Below are positions 28,787 to 37,508 of a DNA stretch of 64,000 nt, piece after piece. Under the pieces are notes generated by a model. The model was not told where the DNA came from. It worked only from the letters and a program-made list of their open reading frames with translations, and searched no databases. Both the position numbers and the translations under genes were made by a program. Origin of the DNA: Minisyncoccota bacterium (GTDB lineage Bacteria > Patescibacteriota > Minisyncoccia > Phycocordibacterales > UBA12079); contig JAGLSI010000001.1 in assembly GCA_023135835.1 (NCBI GenBank), forward strand, positions 2,400-66,399, read 5' to 3'. How positions within the stretch are numbered: position 1 is the stretch's first letter; every line of letters begins with the position of its first letter.

Positions 28787-28907
28787 TGCAAAAATAATCA
28801 CAGATTGTAGTGAAAAAACTATTCAAAGAGAATTGCAACGAATGATGAAAGACAATTTATTAGTAAAAGAAGGAGAAAGGAGGTGGAGCCGTTATTTTTT
28901 AAAATAA
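28167..28907 (+). CDS. Protein with helical N-terminal domain and C-terminal DeoR-like winged HTH
   Basis: LTIKDIAKIITDCSEKTIQRELQRM...GERRWSRY; N-terminus ALYLITD..EPLRWDIR loosely resembles four-helix-bundle proteins. Confidence 0.75.
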   Translation: MIMNSLENINKRYSDDLYLTFLAKKVEKIVSALYLITDPLDKKEPLRWDIRQEGLVLFSDVTKLNNCLSSDKSEIFLNISFRFFKTMSLLELAVLTKLLSEENFSIFEREFNLLLSIIENNTTTINKQLSPYLDGEYFKLKDKAFRSKEIQTILGTIKDIDKDKGQSPLEPKMVKKDIASNNEKKNLRRDNIIKTLSKGQKLTIKDIAKIITDCSEKTIQRELQRMMKDNLLVKEGERRWSRYFLK

Positions 28908-29131
28908 AAATAAAATACTAAAAATGGGTGATTTTTTGTTATTAATATTTTTTATAGAGCTTCCTTTTGTTTGAAATTAAAGTTTTAATTAAAAAAGACT
29001 TGTTTTTTATAAAAATAAATAAGGTATTTTTAATTTTTAATATTAAATTACAATTTAAACCTTTATTTCCTTGCATTTATAGCCCTGTTATTATAAAATA
29101 ATAGAGTTATATTTCGGTGTATTTACACAAG

Positions 29132-29140
29132 TTATCCACA
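29132..29140 (+). promoter_or_regulatory. Consensus DnaA box TTATCCACA (also at 33649, 34756, 45267)
   Basis: Exact 9-mer in intergenic DNA upstream of promoter-like sequences. Confidence 0.5.
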
Positions 29141-29373
29141 AAGTTTCTTTGCAAGAAGAGCTATACGAGATATAATTTTATCAACAAATTCTTCGTCAAA
29201 AAACGAAGAGATTATTTTGTTAAAGTTTTTGTACTTTGAAAAATAGTTGAATTATAAAATTTAATTTCTTTAGATAAAGAAAAAGAAGTTAGGTTTTATA
29301 ATTCAATTTATAAAGAACTCAAAAAACAAATGAATGCACCGTTCTATATTTGGTCGTAAATCTAGTCGGTGTA

Positions 29374-29521
29374 GTAGACTTCTTTAAAAATTATTTTTAA
29401 AGCAGGTGGTCGAAGTCCGACCTCTTAACTTGTATACCAGTGATTTTTAATTATTAAAATATTGTTTAATTATTACTGAGGTCGTACTTCTTTTGAAAAA
29501 ATAATTTTTAAAGAAGTCTAC
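29374..29521 (+). repeat. Nested hairpin in the S-layer gene leader; core 29412-29490 repeated at 33514-33591
   Basis: Perfect 25-bp outer IR GTAGACTTCTTTAAAAATTATTTTT; inner GAAGTCCGACCTC...GAGGTCGTACTTC. Confidence 0.75.
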
Positions 29522-29659
29522 GTTAAAATTAACAAACGAAATTATTAATTTGTTTATTAGCCGCATAAAATTTTTTTATTTTATGCATTATGATTTCTTA
29601 AAAAACATTATTATTTTTTTATCAATTAATTTATTTTAAGAAATTTTTAAAAATACATT

Positions 29660-32600
29660 ATGAGTATATTTAAACTTAAGGACACTGCGGTAATGAAAGT
29701 TATCTCAGTTTTCGCAGGTAGTGCTATGGCTCTTACTCTTGTGTTTGGTGGTGCAGTTGCTCCAGCTCAAGCTCAAACAGTAGAAGAACTTACAGCACAA
29801 ATAAATTCTTTGCTAGCAATGATTACATCTTTGCAAGCTCAATTAACAACAATCGGAGGAGGTACTGTATCAGGAGTATCTTATAGCTTCACAACAAACC
29901 TTTCACAAGGAGATAGTGGGGCAGACGTTTTGAATCTTCAAAAAGTTCTTAACATGAGTGCAGACACTCAGGTTGCAGTAACAGGAGTAGGTTCAGCAGG
30001 ATTGGAGACAGAATATTTTGGTTCTTTGACTAAAACAGCTGTAATTAAATTCCAGAACAAATACGCTTCTGAAATTTTGACACCAGTTGGATTAACAGCA
30101 GGAACAGGATATGTTGGTCCTTCAACAAGAGCTAAATTGAACACAATGACAGCTCCAGTTGTACCAGTAACTCCAATTGACCCAACAACACCAGTTGTAG
30201 TACCTACAGGAACAGGATTAACTGTTTCAGCAGGAGCACAACCTACAGCTAATTTAGCTGCTGGAGGTGCAGCAAGAGTACCTTTCACAAAAGTAGTACT
30301 TACAGCTAGCGCTGATGGAGCTGTTGTAGTTGACTCTATTTTAGTAGAGAGAACAGGTTTGTCACAAGACGCTGCGTTCGCAGGAATCGTTCTTTTGGAC
30401 GAAGATGGAACACAACTTGGGATTGCAAAAACTTTGAACTCATTACATCAAGCAACTGTTGGAGAAGCCTTCACAGTTAATGCGGGAACTTCAAAGACAA
30501 TTACAATCGCAGCTAACATGACTACTAAAACATTGATGGCTGATTACACAGGGCAAGTTGGTTCATTGACAGTAGTAGGAGTAAATACTTCAGCTACAGT
30601 TAACGGAGCTCTTCCAATTGTAGGAACAAGTCATACAATGAACTCTTCTCTAACAATTGGAACAGTTTCAGTTGCAAGAGGAATAAATGATCCAAATACA
30701 GCTGCTACAAAAGAAGTTGGAGTATCAGATTATACTTTCGCTTCAGTTAAGATAACAGCTGGTTCAGCAGAAAAGGTTAGAATTCATTCTTTGAGATGGA
30801 ATCAATCAGGTTCAGCTTCAGCAGCAGATTTAGAAAATCTAAAAACTTATGTTGACGGAACAGCTTATGATATTACAGTTTCAGCTGATGGAAAATATTA
30901 CACAGCTGACTTTGGAAGTGGAATTGTGATTGACAAAGGTCTTTCAAAAGAAATTTCAATCAAAGGTGATATCGTAGGAGGATCTGGAAGAAATATCGTA
31001 TTTGATATTTATAAATCAACTGATTTATATGTAACAGGAGAAACTTACGCATACGGAATTACACCACCAGCAGGAAGTGGAACTGCAGCTACAACTGGCT
31101 CAGATTTTCTTGCAACAACACCGTGGTATGATAACTGTCATGTAACAGTTTCAGACGGAACTCTAACAGTTTCTAAAGCGACTTCAGTAGAATCACAAAA
31201 TGTTGCTGAGGTTGTAGCTAATCAAGTTCTTGGAGGATTTGATGTAGAAGTTAAAGGAGAAGCCGTTTCAGTAGCTAGTCTTGTATTTACAGGAACTATC
31301 GCTGGAGCAACAGGAGGAGTTGGAACAGATATTGATAATGTTACTTTGATAGACGCTAATGGTTCAGTAGTTGCTGGTCCAGTAGATGCTACAGGAGCTG
31401 CATTAACTGCAACTGTTACATTCTCAGATACAGTAACATTCCCAATTGGAACAGGAACTTATACATTGAAAGGTCAATTAGCGAGTGCGTTCGTTAATGA
31501 TCAAACACTTGTATTTGAAACTGATCCTGATGATAACTGGACAACAGTTACAGGACAAACAACAGGAAATGCTATTGTTCCTGCACCAACATCAGCTGTT
31601 ACTTCAAATACAATGACAATGAAAGCTGGTTCAGCTGTAATTAGTACATCTGCAAGCCCGGTAGCACAAAACATTGTAGCTGGAGCACAAAGCTTTGTAT
31701 TTGCTAATTTCCAATTTGATGCAACAGCATCAGGTGAAGATGTTAGATTTACATCACTTGTGTTATATAACACAGCTAGTGCTGAATCAGAATATCAAAC
31801 AGGATGTCAATTATTTGATGGGGATACTGCTTTGAACACTGGTTCAAATAAGAAAGATATTGCAGCAGATGAAGCAACATCTCAAACATTCACATTAGAT
31901 AGTGGTGGAGTGACAATTCCAAAAGGAACATTAAAGACTATTGCTTTAAAATGTAACCTTTCAGCTTCAGCAGTTGCTCAAACTTACTTGTGGAAGATGT
32001 CAGCAGAACAATCAGGAACAGGTCTTGACTCTGGAACAACTATCACAATTGCAGCAGCTAATGTGACTGGAGATGGTCAATTGATGTCATCTACTGAAAA
32101 AGGAACACTTACAGTTACTGAACAATCAGGTGCTTACACAATTGCAGCGGCTGGTACTACAGATGTAACTCTAGGTTCATTGAAATTCACAGGAACAAAT
32201 GAATCAATTGCATTGAAGAAATTAGCTCTTCAACTAACAGATGCTTCAAGTACACCTTCAGATTTAGTTAAAGTAACTTTGTGGGATGGAGCAACAAAAG
32301 TTGGTGAAACTATCTTCACAGGTACAAACAATAATGCAACATCAACTTTGTCAGGAAGTTTCATAATTCCTAAAGACGGAACTAAGATTCTAACACTTAA
32401 AGGTGATTTAGCAGAAATTGGTACATCTAAGGTTGGAACTCAAGGAGCATTATTGATCGTTAATTACGATGATGATGACCCTACAGGAACACAAGGTGTA
32501 GGTGATCAATCAGGTACAACTATTAGCAGAACTTCTGCTTCAACAGATTCAACATTTGATGGAGTAAGAGTATTTAGGGCTTACCCTGAAATGGCTAAGA

Positions 32601-33232
32601 TTGATATCTCAGGATCATTAACACCTGGAACTACTGATCTTTACAGATTTAGCGTAACAGCTAAAGATAAAGATGGAGTAAGTGAAGGGGTTGGTATTTA
32701 CAAGTTCACACTTAACTTAGCAACATCATCAGATAATGCTACAACAGGTTCAACTACAGTTACAAATGTAAAAGTGTATGCTTACACTGATTCAGCATTT
32801 TCAACAACAGTTGATCAATCAGCAGATGGTACTGCTTACACAAGTGGACAAGTAGTAGCAACAGTTCCACAACCATTAGGAACAACAGCAGGAGTTGATA
32901 ATGAATTATTATTGAGTTCAGCTCTACAAATCCCAGCAGGTCAAACTTATTACTTTAAAGTAGTAGGAACAACCAGCATCGTTTCTGGAACAGGAACAGA
33001 CGCTAATAACTGGGTTAAATCTTACATCGCTGGAGATTCAGCATACGCTGTAAACAGTGCAAGATTAATGGAATTAGCTGATACAGTAGATAGTGATACA
33101 AATGATGCTTTCATTTGGTCACCATATGCAACAACTACTTCCGTAACAACTACTCATTATGACTGGACAAACGGATATAAGATTTACGGTTTGCCAGCAG
33201 ATGGTATGGACTCAGAAACTGTTAACCAATAA
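29660..33232 (+). CDS. Large secreted surface/S-layer-like protein with peptidoglycan-binding-like domain
   Basis: Signal peptide ending AQA, coiled coil, GADVLNLQKVLN..YFGSLTKTAVIKFQ..GYVGPSTRAKLN, T/A/G/V-rich beta repeats, strong ACA/GGA/TCA codon bias. Confidence 0.8.
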   Translation: MSIFKLKDTAVMKVISVFAGSAMALTLVFGGAVAPAQAQTVEELTAQINSLLAMITSLQAQLTTIGGGTVSGVSYSFTTNLSQGDSGADVLNLQKVLNMSADTQVAVTGVGSAGLETEYFGSLTKTAVIKFQNKYASEILTPVGLTAGTGYVGPSTRAKLNTMTAPVVPVTPIDPTTPVVVPTGTGLTVSAGAQPTANLAAGGAARVPFTKVVLTASADGAVVVDSILVERTGLSQDAAFAGIVLLDEDGTQLGIAKTLNSLHQATVGEAFTVNAGTSKTITIAANMTTKTLMADYTGQVGSLTVVGVNTSATVNGALPIVGTSHTMNSSLTIGTVSVARGINDPNTAATKEVGVSDYTFASVKITAGSAEKVRIHSLRWNQSGSASAADLENLKTYVDGTAYDITVSADGKYYTADFGSGIVIDKGLSKEISIKGDIVGGSGRNIVFDIYKSTDLYVTGETYAYGITPPAGSGTAATTGSDFLATTPWYDNCHVTVSDGTLTVSKATSVESQNVAEVVANQVLGGFDVEVKGEAVSVASLVFTGTIAGATGGVGTDIDNVTLIDANGSVVAGPVDATGAALTATVTFSDTVTFPIGTGTYTLKGQLASAFVNDQTLVFETDPDDNWTTVTGQTTGNAIVPAPTSAVTSNTMTMKAGSAVISTSASPVAQNIVAGAQSFVFANFQFDATASGEDVRFTSLVLYNTASAESEYQTGCQLFDGDTALNTGSNKKDIAADEATSQTFTLDSGGVTIPKGTLKTIALKCNLSASAVAQTYLWKMSAEQSGTGLDSGTTITIAAANVTGDGQLMSSTEKGTLTVTEQSGAYTIAAAGTTDVTLGSLKFTGTNESIALKKLALQLTDASSTPSDLVKVTLWDGATKVGETIFTGTNNNATSTLSGSFIIPKDGTKILTLKGDLAEIGTSKVGTQGALLIVNYDDDDPTGTQGVGDQSGTTISRTSASTDSTFDGVRVFRAYPEMAKIDISGSLTPGTTDLYRFSVTAKDKDGVSEGVGIYKFTLNLATSSDNATTGSTTVTNVKVYAYTDSAFSTTVDQSADGTAYTSGQVVATVPQPLGTTAGVDNELLLSSALQIPAGQTYYFKVVGTTSIVSGTGTDANNWVKSYIAGDSAYAVNSARLMELADTVDSDTNDAFIWSPYATTTSVTTTHYDWTNGYKIYGLPADGMDSETVNQ

Positions 33233-33346
33233 CAGTTGAAATAGATAGGTTTTGTTAAATCTTATTAAGTTTCTGTCAAAATTTTTATCGGATCTTTTAA
33301 AGTGAAAATAGAAACAAGGCGAAATAAAATAGAACTAAGCAAAACA

Positions 33347-33387
33347 ATAATAAAAAACACCCACATCCAGTGGGTGTTTTTTATTAT
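33347..33387 (+). terminator. Intrinsic terminator after the S-layer-like gene
   Basis: AAAAAACACCCAC-ATCCA-GTGGGTGTTTTTT. Confidence 0.75.
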
Positions 33388-33513
33388 GTTATCAAAATCC
33401 TTGGATATCGGATGTCCAAGGATTTTCAATGGGCTCAAGTCGTTGATTCGTTGAAGTATTTTATAGCTTAATAATAGCGCTCCAAGCGCTACTATTATGT
33501 TGAATAAGGAAAG

Positions 33514-33591
33514 GAAGTCCGACCTCTTAGCGTGTATACCAGTAACCTTTAGCTATTTTCTTTTGTTTTGCTATTACTGAAGTCGGTCTTC
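33514..33591 (+). repeat. Second copy of the GAAGTCCGACCTC...TATTACTGARGTCG element
   Basis: Aligns end to end with 29412-29490. Confidence 0.75.
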
Positions 33592-33706
33592 TTAATAATC
33601 CAGCAGCCCATCGTTAACGAAGTCAGACTTCTTCTGACAGCAAACAATTTATCCACAATTTGTTTAAAAACTCTTGACTTTTTTATTCACTTTGCTATTA
33701 TATAGA

Positions 33707-33787
33707 AAGTACTTGAATCTTGGCTTGCCAATATTTAGGTACTATGAAAAGAGTCATTATTCCTTCGGGGGTTCTGGCTTTTTTCAT
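33707..33787 (+). ncRNA. Candidate small two-hairpin RNA
   Basis: TTGACT (33674) and TGnTATTAT promoter followed by two stems, the second with a CTTCGG loop. Confidence 0.3.
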
Positions 33788-33942
33788 TGTCAAAATTCAC
33801 TTATTTAATAGTAGCGCTTGGAGCGCTGTTACTAAAATTCAGATAATATTTACAGCGCTTGGAGCGCTGTAATAGGGTAATATAATTTAATTATGAATAA
33901 TATAAATTTAAAAACAAAATGAGAGTCAACTATTCCAGTTAA

Positions 33943-33964
33943 CCTGCCTTTGCCGGCAGGCAGG
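33943..33964. repeat. CCTGCC palindrome sitting in the loop of a longer hairpin
   Basis: CCTGCCTTTGCCGGCAGGCAGG within AAAACAAAATGAGAGT...ACTCTCATTTTGTTTT. Confidence 0.75.
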
Positions 33965-34040
33965 CTGGAGTAATTAACTCTCATTTTGTTTTTAGTTTCT
34001 CTTGATTTAATCCAATATTTTTAATAAAATTAATAGTATT

Positions 34041-34727
34041 ATGCAAAATAAAAATTTACAAATAGGTTTAATTACAGGTGTATTATTAGTAATTTTGGTT
34101 TTTTATGTTTATCAAGATTTATCTATTAAAGATGATGGTATAGTAGCAACAACAACTGGTCAGGTAGTAAATTTATCTGATGATTTAAATACTGCAGGAA
34201 ATGATAATTTGATAATTAAGGAGATTAAAGATGACAATATTCAAAACACAAATGTTCTTATAATGCCTAACCTAGATAGAGAAATAGAGTTTTTAGAGAA
34301 CTTTCCCGAAGAAGCTAGGCAAATCATGATTGATAGAATAAATACAGTAGTGCAGGATATAAAAGATAAACCAGGTTCTTATGACGATTGGATCTCTTTA
34401 GGATTGCAGAGGAAAATAATAGAGGACTATGAGGGGGTTGAATTAGCTTGGGAGTATGCAAAGTACTTAGAACCAGATAGATTCCTTGCTTGGAGTAATT
34501 TAGGTGATTTAAATGCATATTATTTAAGTAATAATATAAAAGCAGAGGAAAATTATATTAAAGCTATAGAATTAAACACTCATCAAATACAAACATATAT
34601 TAAAATTGTAGAGTTTTATAAAGAATTCTTAAACGATACAGAAAAAGCTATTTCTATATTAGAAAAGGGGATAGAAGTAAATCCTAATTCTCAAGAATTA
34701 AAAGACCTCCTATCTACCCTAAATTAG
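34041..34727 (+). CDS. Membrane-anchored TPR protein
   Basis: N-terminal TM; AWSNLGDL, AEENYIKAIELN, AISILEKGIEVNP. Confidence 0.82.
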   Translation: MQNKNLQIGLITGVLLVILVFYVYQDLSIKDDGIVATTTGQVVNLSDDLNTAGNDNLIIKEIKDDNIQNTNVLIMPNLDREIEFLENFPEEARQIMIDRINTVVQDIKDKPGSYDDWISLGLQRKIIEDYEGVELAWEYAKYLEPDRFLAWSNLGDLNAYYLSNNIKAEENYIKAIELNTHQIQTYIKIVEFYKEFLNDTEKAISILEKGIEVNPNSQELKDLLSTLN

Positions 34728-34808
34728 TCGCGCTCGGAGCGCGACTAATCTTTAGTTATCCACAAGTTATCAAGGTTTTTGGGGGATATTTAAGGGTATA
34801 ATATAGCT

Positions 34809-34916
34809 ATGAATCCCGTTAGAGATTTGATAAAAATAGACAAAACGGGAATGAGAAATTAATAATTTAAATAATAGGTAATTTATTAAAAGTAAATTAT
34901 CTCTAACGGGATGAAT
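34809..34916. repeat. ATCCCGTTAGAGAT...ATCTCTAACGGGAT element with ATGAAT duplication
   Basis: Perfect 14-bp IR at 34813 and 34899; ATGAAT at 34809 and 34911. Confidence 0.82.
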
Positions 34917-35054
34917 AAGACATCTTTTAAGTTTATAAGTGGTTTTGTGTTGATTTTAGTCGTTTCTTTAGGGGTTTTAGTCTATTTTAGTACTGACAGA
35001 GATATAGAAAAAGATATTATTCCAGCAGAAAACTTAGCAGCAGAACAAATTTAA
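34911..35054 (+). CDS. Small single-TM protein (47 aa)
   Basis: MNKTSFKFISGFVLILVVSLGVLVYFSTDRDIEKDIIPAENLAAEQI*. Confidence 0.5.
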   Translation: MNKTSFKFISGFVLILVVSLGVLVYFSTDRDIEKDIIPAENLAAEQI

Positions 35055-35131
35055 CAGAATATTGCAGCGCTCCAAGCGCTGCAATTAATAGTAGCGCTTG
35101 GAGCGCTGTAATAGGGTAATATAATTTAATT

Positions 35132-35395
35132 ATGAATAATATAAATTTAAAAAAATACAAAAAATATTTGGTTGGTATTTTGGTAGTGGTTTTGATAGTA
35201 GGGGGTATTTATTATTATCAGAATAAGGGGTTTGAATTTACTTTAATTACAAATAGTGAAGAATATGGTGAGTTTTTAGCCAGAGGAGGTAGTGAACAAG
35301 AATATTTAGAGTGGGTTAAAGAATTAGAAAAGCAAGATATTTATGGAGGAACAACACCGGAAGAAACATTGGATTTATATATAAAAGTTTTATAA
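35132..35395 (+). pseudogene. Membrane-anchored hypothetical protein, probably 3'-truncated
   Basis: TM, then DIYGGTTPEETLDLYIKVL* stopping about 20 bp before the island-boundary palindrome. Confidence 0.45.
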
Positions 35396-35417
35396 TTAAA
35401 GTTTTTTAAAATAAACA

Positions 35418-35459
35418 AAAAAATCTAACGGCTATGAACTTATAGCTGTTAGATTTTTT
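35418..35459. repeat. AAYGGCTA palindrome, left boundary of the candidate defence island
   Basis: AAAAAATCTAACGGCTAT...ATAGCTGTTAGATTTTTT. Confidence 0.7.
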
Positions 35460-35502
35460 ATATAGAACGGTTTATTTTGATATTGCTTAGTTTGTGTAAG
35501 TG

Positions 35503-35546
35503 TATTTATATAAACACTTGACTTTTATATAAATAAAGAATATTAT
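35503..35546 (+). promoter_or_regulatory. Sigma70-type promoter with a 12-bp inverted repeat straddling the -35 box
   Basis: TTGACT (35518)-17 bp-TATTAT (35541); TATTTATATAAA-9 bp-TTTATATAAATA. Confidence 0.55.
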
Positions 35547-35584
35547 TGATACATGAGTTAATTATTTACTTTTTATTAAATATT

Positions 35585-35806
35585 ATGAATAAATTACATA
35601 AAAGAGAAAAATTTAAAAGGTTAGCAACTTCTAGAACAATGGATGTTTTAAAAAGATTGCAGGTTCTTTCTAATTGTTCTAATCGTAGTGCTTATGATTA
35701 TAACGAAGAAGATATAAATAAAATATTTTTAACAATTGATAAGGCGGTAAAAGATTCTAAGTCGAAATTTCATTACCCTAAAGAAAAAATTAATTTTAAA
35801 TTATAA
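35585..35806 (+). CDS. Small helical protein of a type I associate with restriction/defence operons
   Basis: KREKFKRLATSRT...LSNCSNRSAYDYNEEDINKIF; ATG at 35585; first gene of a tight operon. Confidence 0.7.
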   Translation: MNKLHKREKFKRLATSRTMDVLKRLQVLSNCSNRSAYDYNEEDINKIFLTIDKAVKDSKSKFHYPKEKINFKL

Positions 35807-35810
35807 TATT

Positions 35811-37508
35811 ATGTCTATACAAGGAAAAATATCTCCTAGAATTATTCAGTCTATATCAACATTATATAATGATACTAATCGTGTAATTCTTGAATTCATT
35901 GATAACTCAATAGATAGTGCTGAAGAATACTTTGATTCTTCTAACAATGGTTATATAAGACCGATTAAAATTATTTTAGAGATAGATGGAAAAAATAATA
36001 AAGATGGGGTTGTCAGCATTTCCGATAATTGTAAAGGTATGTTTAACATTGAAAAGATAGTCCAAAACATAGGTAATTCTGATAAAAAAGCACAGCCATG
36101 GACGAATGGGCAATTTGGTTATGGAATGTGTTCTTTTATTGCTTGTTGTAGTGAATTAAAAGTTGTTTCTAGGTTTGAAAAAGGAAAGATTTTTGAAATA
36201 AATATTTTAAAGGATCATTTTTTAGTTGATGATCAAAAAGATTTTCTTTTTTCTGATCCTATTATAAATAGTAATTTTGAATATGATACTGGGACTAAGG
36301 TAGTATTAAAAATGTTTGGTAAAAGTGATTGGAAAGATATAGACATTAAAGAGATCCAAGTTGAAATAGAAAAGCATTTTGAATTGTTACTAAATAGAAC
36401 TAATTTAGAAATTAAATTAATTTCAAATGGGAATGAGTCTATCTGTAAACCTTTCGATTATTCTTTGCATGAGGGAAGAGAGATAAATGAATATTTGGAA
36501 AATTCATTTAATTCACTTCTTTGTATTGATAAACCAATTCACTTGTTTATAAAAGTAACCGAAGGAAAAGATGTTAATAAAAGACCTATTTTTATTGTTA
36601 AAGGGAGAAGAATTGCTGAAATAAAAGATATTAAAGCTTTTAAGTCAAAAAATAAAAGTGATATTTGGAATCATCCTAATATAACTGGATATATAGATTT
36701 GGGGAAATCCATAGAACCTGATATATCAAGAATAAATGGTTTTAGCCCCCAATACAAAGATAAGATGAATATTATATTTAATTGGTTAATATCAAAAGAA
36801 TCAGATATTTTAGATTTAATTAAAGAAGATAATGAAAGTACTCAAGAAAAGCATTATCAACAGTTAGAAGATATTTTAAGCAAAGCTTTATCAAAAATCG
36901 CTCGGATAGATTCTATGAATTTTAGAACCGACATTATTTCTGGAAAAGAACTTATTCTAGAAAAAGGTGCTATTGGTAGTGGTATAGGAATTTCTGCTCC
37001 ACTCCCTGGGTCTGGTGAGCTTGGCGGTGAGGGAGGAGGAGGCTCTGATTTTCTTGAAGGAGATAATCCTGATGATCAACTTGGTGGAAATAAAAACTTA
37101 GCCAAAGAAAGTGATAGTCTTTTTGATGATAAAGAACCAGAGGGAAAAAAGAGAAGAAAAAGTGGTTTTAATATCAAAATTTCTGATCTAGAACCCAATG
37201 TTGATATAAACACAGAAAAACAAATTAAATCTCGTTTAATTGGTGATACTATTGAGATTTTTAAAAAACATCCTGAATTTGAAAAAAGAGTTGGGCATTT
37301 TCGTGGTGGAAGGCCGAAGATAACTCAAAGGTTAATAACTTATTTAGCTGGGGAAATCACGGTTCATTATAAAGATAGGTTTTATTCAAAAACAGGACAA
37401 CCAGAATATAATATAAAAATGTTTGAGAGTTTAGTTGAATCAATTTATCTTTTTGAGGATTTATTAAGGGATTTTGTTGAAAAAGATTTATCATCATGGA
37501 ACAAATAA
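35811..37508 (+). CDS. GHKL (MORC/Hsp90-like) ATPase
   Basis: N box EFIDNSIDS, G1 DNCKGM, G2 GQFGYG, GTKV; Gly-rich linker before a C-terminal domain. Confidence 0.85.
   Translation: MSIQGKISPRIIQSISTLYNDTNRVILEFIDNSIDSAEEYFDSSNNGYIRPIKIILEIDGKNNKDGVVSISDNCKGMFNIEKIVQNIGNSDKKAQPWTNGQFGYGMCSFIACCSELKVVSRFEKGKIFEINILKDHFLVDDQKDFLFSDPIINSNFEYDTGTKVVLKMFGKSDWKDIDIKEIQVEIEKHFELLLNRTNLEIKLISNGNESICKPFDYSLHEGREINEYLENSFNSLLCIDKPIHLFIKVTEGKDVNKRPIFIVKGRRIAEIKDIKAFKSKNKSDIWNHPNITGYIDLGKSIEPDISRINGFSPQYKDKMNIIFNWLISKESDILDLIKEDNESTQEKHYQQLEDILSKALSKIARIDSMNFRTDIISGKELILEKGAIGSGIGISAPLPGSGELGGEGGGGSDFLEGDNPDDQLGGNKNLAKESDSLFDDKEPEGKKRRKSGFNIKISDLEPNVDINTEKQIKSRLIGDTIEIFKKHPEFEKRVGHFRGGRPKITQRLITYLAGEITVHYKDRFYSKTGQPEYNIKMFESLVESIYLFEDLLRDFVEKDLSSWNK

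Larger units (their letters stand above)
33475..35110. repeat. Cluster of AGCGCTYSRAGCGCT short palindromes
   Basis: Copies near 33476, 33814, 33854, 35066 and 35093; variant GTCGCGCTCGGAGCGCGAC at 34727. Confidence 0.75.

Noticed and set aside
27953-29660. oriC at the ftsK/HTH divergence
   Set aside because: Only one perfect DnaA box, no dnaA/dnaN nearby, and most genes on both sides are on the + strand
29968-31773. Antisense ORFs within the S-layer-like gene
   Set aside because: Shadow frames expected from strong codon bias; no independent signals
33390-35460. CRISPR array in the palindrome-rich region
   Set aside because: Repeats are irregularly spaced, in mixed orientation, separated by genes, and no cas genes are present
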